The notes beneath the pieces are model-generated. The model did not search any database, had not been told where the DNA came from, and worked only from the letters and a program-made list of their open reading frames with translations. Position numbers and translations under genes: made by a program. From Patescibacteria group bacterium (GTDB taxonomy: Bacteria > Patescibacteriota > Minisyncoccia > UBA9983): a stretch of DNA of 64,000 nucleotides. Location of the stretch: assembly GCA_040752125.1 (NCBI GenBank), contig JBFMFK010000003.1:19034-83033 (forward strand). Direction: 5' to 3'. Shown here in pieces: positions 58,368 through 64,000 of the stretch. Positions within the stretch are counted from its first letter, which is position 1; each line of letters opens with the position of its first letter.

Positions 58368-59261
58368 ATGATTTCCACCTGTAAATATAATCATCTTACT
58401 TGGGTAGATCTAGAATGTCCCACCTCTGAAGAAATCAAATCAGTAATGACTAAATTTCTTATCCATCCCTTTGTGGCCGAAGAGCTTCTCAAACCTACTT
58501 TTCGTCCCAGGGTTGATGCCTATAAAGATACTCTTTACCTTATTCTGCATTTCCCTATTTACAATAATGTAAACAGAGAATATCGTTCCTGCGAGATAGA
58601 TTTTATTCTTGGAAAGAATTTTTTAATTACAACTCATTATACCACCATCACTCCTCTCTATGAAATTGCCAAAATCTTTGAGGCAAAGGGTATGATTAGG
58701 GAAAAAAATATCTCTAAGAATAGCGGCATCCTTTTCTTTTATATCATTAGACAACTTTATGACTTTTCAGAAACCCAATTAAACTTAATTGAATCCAAAA
58801 TAGACTTTATCGGAGAAAGAATGTTTGAGAAAAAATCCACTCTCTACGACCTTGTTAGAAAAATCTCGCATATAAAAAAAGAGATTCTTGATTTTAAAAG
58901 AATCATCCATTTTCACAAAGAAATTTTTTATTCACTTGAAGCAGTGGCGCCTAAATTTTTCGGTGAAGATTTCATTTATTATCTGAATAATATAAATGGC
59001 GAATATCAAAAACTCTGGAATGTAATGGAAAATCATATAGAAACCATTATTGCTCTTCAGAACACTCTTGATTCCCTTCTCATGCACCGCTCAAATGATG
59101 TTATGAAAATATTGACTATGATGGCTCTCTTTACCTTCCCCTTAACGGTCATCATTGGCTTGTTCGGTATAGACACAAAAATTTTACCTCTAGTTATCAT
59201 TATAATGGTTGTTGTGGCAACCGGAATGCTTTCATATTTCAAGTATAAAAAATGGATCTAG
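58368..59261 (+). CDS. corA: CorA-family divalent cation transporter with a variant signature
   Basis: WVDL..PT, HP...E, NDVMKILT..FPLT; GMN replaced by GID. Confidence 0.8.
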   Translation: MISTCKYNHLTWVDLECPTSEEIKSVMTKFLIHPFVAEELLKPTFRPRVDAYKDTLYLILHFPIYNNVNREYRSCEIDFILGKNFLITTHYTTITPLYEIAKIFEAKGMIREKNISKNSGILFFYIIRQLYDFSETQLNLIESKIDFIGERMFEKKSTLYDLVRKISHIKKEILDFKRIIHFHKEIFYSLEAVAPKFFGEDFIYYLNNINGEYQKLWNVMENHIETIIALQNTLDSLLMHRSNDVMKILTMMALFTFPLTVIIGLFGIDTKILPLVIIIMVVVATGMLSYFKYKKWI

Positions 59262-60661
59262 ATATCAATTTGTATAATACTCTCTCTCTAAAAAAAGAAA
59301 AATTCAAGCCGATCAAAAATAAAAAGATAGGGCTGTATACCTGCGGACCAACTGTTTATAATTTCGTCCACATAGGCAATATAAGAACATTTATCTTTGA
59401 AGATATACTTAGAAGGACTTTTGAATATAATGGATTTAAGATAAAGCATATTATGAATATCACTGATGTCGGGCACCTTTCGTCTGATGCTGATGAAGGC
59501 GAAGACAAAATGACTCTGGCCTTAAAACGGGAGAATAAGCCATTAACCCTAAAGGCAATGAAAGAAGTGGCGGATTTTTATGCAGAAAGATTTAAGGAGG
59601 ATATAAAAAATTTAAATATTAAAATGCCTTCTTTAATGCCGAAAGCCAGTGAGCATATCAAGGAAGATATAGGCATTATTAAAAGATTAGAGAGAAAAGG
59701 TTTTATTTACAAAACAAGCGATGGGATCTATTTTGATGTTTCAAAATTTAAAAATTATGGAAAATTGGGCAGGCAAAAAAAAATAGCGAGCCAAAAATAC
59801 AGCAGAATCAATATCAATCCTGAAAAGAAAAATCCAGCTGATTTTGCGTTATGGAAATTTAACGATAAACTTGGATGGAAAAGCCCCTGGGGGGAAGGTT
59901 TTCCTGGCTGGCATATTGAATGTTCAGCTATGTCTACAAAATATCTTGGTCAACCTTTTGACGTCCATACTGGAGGCATAGACCATATACAGGTTCATCA
60001 CCAGAATGAAATTGCTCAATCTGAGGCGGCGTATGAAAATCCGCTGGCGCATTATTGGCTGCATGGAGCATTTTTGATCGTAGATCAAAAAAAGATGGCC
60101 AAATCAGATGGCACCTTTATTACTTTGAAAGATATAAAAGAAAAAGGATTCAATCCCATTGCCTTCCGCTATCTTACATTGGGGACGCATTACCGTAAGC
60201 CATTAAATTTTTCTTGGAAGAGTCTTGAATCAGCCCAGAAAAGCTTGGAACATTTGTATAATCAGCTTTTAACTATTAGTAACCAGCCAATAGACAAAAA
60301 TAAAATTGATAAAAAATTTAAGGAAAACTTTTTGAAAGCTATAAATGATGATTTAAATATTCCTCAAGCATTAGCATTAATCCAAAAATTATTAAAATCA
60401 AAACTGAAAACTGATGAATATAAGCTGTCTACTATTTTGGACTTTGACCGAGTTCTAGGATTAAAAATAAAAGAAAATATTGCTCCAATAAAAATTCCGC
60501 GAGAAGTGGAAGAATTGGCTAAAAGAAGAGAATCATTAAGAAAAGAGAAAAAATGGGAGGAAGCCGACCATTTGCGCAAGAAGATACTGGAGCTGGGATA
60601 CAAGATAGAAGATATAAAGAAAGGATATATCTTGAAACGAAGTGAGCATATGGTAAGATAA
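59252..60661 (+). CDS. cysS: Cysteine--tRNA ligase
   Basis: [23 protein letters not shown]. Confidence 0.97.
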   Translation: MDLDINLYNTLSLKKEKFKPIKNKKIGLYTCGPTVYNFVHIGNIRTFIFEDILRRTFEYNGFKIKHIMNITDVGHLSSDADEGEDKMTLALKRENKPLTLKAMKEVADFYAERFKEDIKNLNIKMPSLMPKASEHIKEDIGIIKRLERKGFIYKTSDGIYFDVSKFKNYGKLGRQKKIASQKYSRININPEKKNPADFALWKFNDKLGWKSPWGEGFPGWHIECSAMSTKYLGQPFDVHTGGIDHIQVHHQNEIAQSEAAYENPLAHYWLHGAFLIVDQKKMAKSDGTFITLKDIKEKGFNPIAFRYLTLGTHYRKPLNFSWKSLESAQKSLEHLYNQLLTISNQPIDKNKIDKKFKENFLKAINDDLNIPQALALIQKLLKSKLKTDEYKLSTILDFDRVLGLKIKENIAPIKIPREVEELAKRRESLRKEKKWEEADHLRKKILELGYKIEDIKKGYILKRSEHMVR

Positions 60662-60668
60662 AATTGCT

Positions 60669-62027
60669 ATGGCTAGAGAAATTTCAAAGAGCACCGTAAG
60701 AATACCGCCACACAATATTGAAGCAGAAGCATCTGTTTTGGGCTCCCTGATGCTTGATTCTAATGCTATCAATATCGTCGCTGATATTTTAAAACCAGAA
60801 GATTTCTACGATCAAAAACATAATATTATCTACCAGACAATGATTGATCTGTATCTCAATAAAGAGCCAATTGATTTCCTTTCTCTTTCTACGAAACTGA
60901 AAGAAAAAAAATTACTAAAAGAAGCCAGTGGGAATGCCTATCTTACTGATCTTGTCAATATTGTTCCAACGGCTTCTAATGCGAAGTATTATGCAGAGAT
61001 AGTAAGGAAGAAAAAGATTTTAAGGGACCTTATAGAGATATCAAATTACATCTCCAATTTGGGATTCAATGAGTCTGAAGATGTTGAATATATTCTTGAT
61101 GAAGCAGAGAAAAAAATTTTTAATATCGCCAGATATTCTATTCGCCAGAAATTTCAAAGTATTAAGACAGCGCTTGAGGAGGCATGGGAAAGGATTGACA
61201 GATTGAATAAATCGCAAGGAGAGCTGCGGGGAATCCCGACTGGTTTTATAGAAATTGATAATATGCTTGCCGGTTTACAGAAATCAGATTTAATAATTTT
61301 AGCTGCCAGGCCTAGTATGGGTAAGACTGCCTTAGCATTAAATATTGCTAAAAATATTGCCTGCAAATCCAATATTCCGGTTGGTATTTTCAGCCTAGAG
61401 ATGTCCGCTCAGCAACTTGTGGATAGATTGATAGCTTCAGAGGCACATGTCAATTCTTGGAAATTAAGGACAGGCAGGATTTCTTCAGAAGATGAATTTC
61501 AGAGAATCAGTGATGCATTAGACACTCTTTCAAGAGCACCCCTCTTCATAGATGACGAACCATCCAATAATATTCTTCAGATGCGGGCCATGGCCAGAAG
61601 ATTGCAGACAGAACATGGTCTTGGTCTTTTAATTGTAGATTATATTCAGTTAATGGTGCCCAGACAGACAGTTGAAAGTATGGTGCAACAAATGACAGAA
61701 ATTTCCCGTTCGTTGAAGGGATTGGCAAGAGAATTAGATGTTCCTGTTCTGGCAATTTCACAACTTTCCAGAGCTGTTGAATCAAGACATGATAAAAGAC
61801 CCAAACTACATGACCTCCGCGATTCTGGAAGTATTGAACAGGATGCAGACGTTGTTATGTTTATCTATAGAGATGAAAGATATAATCCTGAATCTCAATC
61901 GCAGAATATTGCTGAAATACTCATAGAAAAGCATAGAAATGGCCCGATAGGAAGTGTCCAGCTTTATTTTGATCCTCAGAAGGTTAGTTTTTATAATATT
62001 GAAAAGGGTGATTTTGGCTCAATATAA
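60669..62027 (+). CDS. dnaB: Replicative DNA helicase
   Basis: AARPSMGKT, VDYIQL, SQLSR, LRDSGSIEQDAD, KHRNG. Confidence 0.98.
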   Translation: MAREISKSTVRIPPHNIEAEASVLGSLMLDSNAINIVADILKPEDFYDQKHNIIYQTMIDLYLNKEPIDFLSLSTKLKEKKLLKEASGNAYLTDLVNIVPTASNAKYYAEIVRKKKILRDLIEISNYISNLGFNESEDVEYILDEAEKKIFNIARYSIRQKFQSIKTALEEAWERIDRLNKSQGELRGIPTGFIEIDNMLAGLQKSDLIILAARPSMGKTALALNIAKNIACKSNIPVGIFSLEMSAQQLVDRLIASEAHVNSWKLRTGRISSEDEFQRISDALDTLSRAPLFIDDEPSNNILQMRAMARRLQTEHGLGLLIVDYIQLMVPRQTVESMVQQMTEISRSLKGLARELDVPVLAISQLSRAVESRHDKRPKLHDLRDSGSIEQDADVVMFIYRDERYNPESQSQNIAEILIEKHRNGPIGSVQLYFDPQKVSFYNIEKGDFGSI

Positions 62028-62032
62028 TCTTG

Positions 62033-62092
62033 AGTAGTCAGTAATCAGTAGTCAGATTTGTCTGACTGCTAAGATATTGGCTACTGACTACT
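62033..62092. repeat. Heptamer (AGTAGTC)n tract with inverted copies
   Basis: AGTAGTC-AGTAATC-AGTAGTC then TCTGACTGCT...GGCTACT-GACTACT. Confidence 0.75.
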
Positions 62093-62095
62093 AAT

Positions 62096-62710
62096 ATGTT
62101 TGATAAACTTATCGAAGCATTTCTCAAATTTCCAGGTATTGGCCCACGGCAGGCAAAACGTTTTGTTTATTTTTTGGCAGGCCAAGATGAAAAATTTCTA
62201 AAAAATTTGGCCGGACTTTTTTTAGAAATAAAAAAAGATATAAAACAATGCGACTCGTGCTTCAGGTTTTTTTCGAAACCCGGTTTCGACGCAAAGAAAC
62301 CAGCTTTCAGATGTGAGATATGCAGTGATATTAACCGCGAAAAAAATCTGCTTATGGTAGTTGAAAAAGATGTGGATCTAGAAAATATAGAAAAGTCCAG
62401 AGCTTATAATGGAAAATATTTTGTTCTCGGGGGTATGCTTTCATTGAATGGAAAAAACCGATTATCTAGTCCACGGTTCAAAGAATTATTCAACAAAACA
62501 GGAAAAGAAAGACCAAAAGAAATCATTATAGCCACAAGTGCCACCATTGAGGGAGAAAACACCGCTCGTTATGCAGAGAAAATCTTGGAGCCTTTGGCAA
62601 AAAAATTCCAATTAAAAGTCTCTCGTTTAGGACGAGGACTTTCAACAGGAACAGAACTTGAGTTTATTGACAGCGAAACAATGACCAATGCTTTAAGGAA
62701 TAGACAATAA
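62096..62710 (+). CDS. recR: Recombination mediator RecR
   Basis: PGIGPRQA, C4 zinc finger, Toprim EGENTA, GTELEF.D..T. Confidence 0.95.
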   Translation: MFDKLIEAFLKFPGIGPRQAKRFVYFLAGQDEKFLKNLAGLFLEIKKDIKQCDSCFRFFSKPGFDAKKPAFRCEICSDINREKNLLMVVEKDVDLENIEKSRAYNGKYFVLGGMLSLNGKNRLSSPRFKELFNKTGKERPKEIIIATSATIEGENTARYAEKILEPLAKKFQLKVSRLGRGLSTGTELEFIDSETMTNALRNRQ

Positions 62711-62717
62711 TTAGAAA

Positions 62718-63038
62718 TTAGGATTTGATATCCAAAATCTTGATTTTAATATATCTCTGTCTATGACCCCTTTTTACTCGGTAACGGGTTTTTGGTTTAT
62801 ATTTTAATATTATTACCTTTTTTGCCCTTCCTTCCTCTTCCACTTTTGCTTCTACTTTTGCTCCCTCTACAAAAGGAGTACCGATTCTTATATTTTCTCC
62901 ATTGACAACTAAAAGCACTTTATCAAAAACAATATCGCCGTTTTTTACGGCCTTTATTTTCTCTATTTTTATTTTATCTCCCTGCTTAACCAAATATTGC
63001 TTCCCTCCAGTTTGTATAACCGCAATTTCATTGTTCAT
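62718..63038 (-). CDS. rplU: 50S ribosomal protein L21
   Basis: IQTGGKQY, IGTPFV, GHRQ. Confidence 0.97.
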   Translation of the reverse strand: MNNEIAVIQTGGKQYLVKQGDKIKIEKIKAVKNGDIVFDKVLLVVNGENIRIGTPFVEGAKVEAKVEEEGRAKKVIILKYKPKTRYRVKRGHRQRYIKIKILDIKS

Positions 63039-63147
63039 ATAAGTATGATATTACATTAAATTTAAAATAAATACAAGCTTTTACCTAATTTTTACCTAAA
63101 ATGTTTAAAATCTATAGAAAATCAATTCAATAGGAACAACAATGGAT

Positions 63148-63181
63148 TTACCATATATCTGCGATAGCAAGTATATGGTAA
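63148..63181. repeat. Hairpin site downstream of PaaX-like gene B
   Basis: TTACCATATA-TCTGCGATAGCAAG-TATATGGTAA, perfect 10-bp arms. Confidence 0.9.
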
Positions 63182-63204
63182 TCTATGTACTGCTCTATTT
63201 AAAT

Positions 63205-63759
63205 TTATAATAAATCAAAATGTTTTTTTAAATGCAATTCATTATCTATTGAATCAGCAATAATGAATCTTACAAATTTTCTTATATCATAAAATTCTAT
63301 AAGGTAATCTATTTCATTTTTACAATCGTAGGGGTGAACAAAAACACTCTTTTGAAATTCATAAAATGCCAATTGTTTCAAATAAAATCGTAAAGCTTCT
63401 CTTATCTTTTTTCTCTTTTCAGGAATATCAAAAAGCACTACTCGCCATTTTTTATCCCATTTTTGTGGCTTTTTAATTTTCATTTTATCCAGATCATAAG
63501 TGAGAGCTTTTTGTTTTCCTTTATCAGTGAGAATTATTGTTAAAGTCCCATCTAGATTTTGTCTTTCCGCAACCAGTTTTGATTCATATAAACTTTTTAT
63601 TGCTCTTCTAAGTGCCCGCACTTCAATCTCTTTCCATTCTTTACTCATGCCCTTAAGAATCTGAAAATATCTTTTTGGCGAGCCAGAAAGTCCTAAAGCT
63701 AAACCACCTAAAAGCAAAAGCAATATTTTTTGTTGTATTTCTCCCGGTCCTCTTGGCAT
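63205..63759 (-). CDS. PaaX-like protein B (wHTH + Cas2-like domain)
   Basis: LTDKGKQK, WDKKWRVVLFDIPE, FYEFQKSVFVHPYDC; paralog of 47376. Confidence 0.85.
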   Translation of the reverse strand: MPRGPGEIQQKILLLLLGGLALGLSGSPKRYFQILKGMSKEWKEIEVRALRRAIKSLYESKLVAERQNLDGTLTIILTDKGKQKALTYDLDKMKIKKPQKWDKKWRVVLFDIPEKRKKIREALRFYLKQLAFYEFQKSVFVHPYDCKNEIDYLIEFYDIRKFVRFIIADSIDNELHLKKHFDLL

Positions 63760-63799
63760 AATTCAATTTTATAATTATTTTATAATAATTATAGAACAA

Positions 63800-63833
63800 T
63801 TACCATATACCAGCGATAGCAAATATATGGCAG
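63800..63833. repeat. Hairpin site upstream of PaaX-like gene B
   Basis: TTACCATATA-CCAGCGATAGCAAA-TATATGGCAG, 29/34 identical to 63148-81. Confidence 0.9.
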
Positions 63834-63862
63834 ATTGGATAATAAATTGATTCTTTACGAAT

Positions 63863-63893
63863 AAAAAAGGAGGCGTAAAATTTTAGCCTCCTT
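63863..63893 (-). terminator. Intrinsic terminator
   Basis: AAGGAGGC/GCCTCCTT stem with T6 on the minus strand. Confidence 0.7.
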
Positions 63894-63942
63894 GTTCTCG
63901 AGGAATACTTATCATTATTATTAGAGCCACTACTATATCCAC
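63883..63942 (-). CDS. Putative 19-aa hydrophobic peptide
   Basis: SD AAAGGAGG, GTG start, MDIVVALIIMISIPREQGG*, stop at the terminator hairpin. Confidence 0.4.
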   Translation of the reverse strand: MDIVVALIIMISIPREQGG

Positions 63943-64000
63943 TCTTCAGACCTCCTTTCAAAAATTTCTATTGTTTTCAAACTCTAAAATCAGGTTATCA

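Noticed and set aside
1398-61926. Numerous 60-170 aa antisense or alternate-frame ORFs in the track
   Set aside because: They are shadows of well-supported genes, with no motifs or expression signals.
47376-63759. CRISPR-Cas locus suggested by Cas2-like and Cas4-like proteins
   Set aside because: No repeat-spacer array, cas1 or effector gene is visible; the genes are dispersed and the hairpins are not regularly spaced.
1-64000. Alternative genetic code (TGA = Gly)
   Set aside because: Conserved genes are full length under the standard code and TGA terminates the MNT frames.

Overview
An AT-rich bacterial chromosome segment with mostly + strand genes and the standard code (TGA = stop). Gene content and style point to Patescibacteria/CPR (Parcubacteria-like); this assignment is an inference. 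The backbone is housekeeping: compact aminoacyl-tRNA synthetases (alaS, proS, lysS, aspS, gltX, cysS), mre/dcw cell-wall genes, scpAB, dnaB, recR, pyrG, ribosomal proteins, and tRNA-Ala(UGC) and tRNA-Glu(CUC). Four things stand out. (1) Each of two PaaX-like wHTH/Cas2-fold genes (47376, 63205) is bracketed on both sides by its own directly repeated 34-36 bp hairpin. The hairpins share a 10-bp arm / TRCGATMGYA core / 10-bp arm design, the arms covary, and solo copies occur at 29510 and 53342, which suggests an undescribed cassette or operator system. (2) A 1630-aa secreted FN3-repeat protein carries an internal DGR-type variable region (16214-16384), with no RT or template repeat visible in the window. 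(3) That gene is preceded by three stacked toxin-antitoxin-like cassettes, separated by a duplicated ~90-bp leader and an orphaned signal-peptide mini-ORF. (4) Many short REP-like palindromes and 7-mer tandem repeats are present, several inserted in-frame in essential genes. All calls were made by eye; no searches were run.
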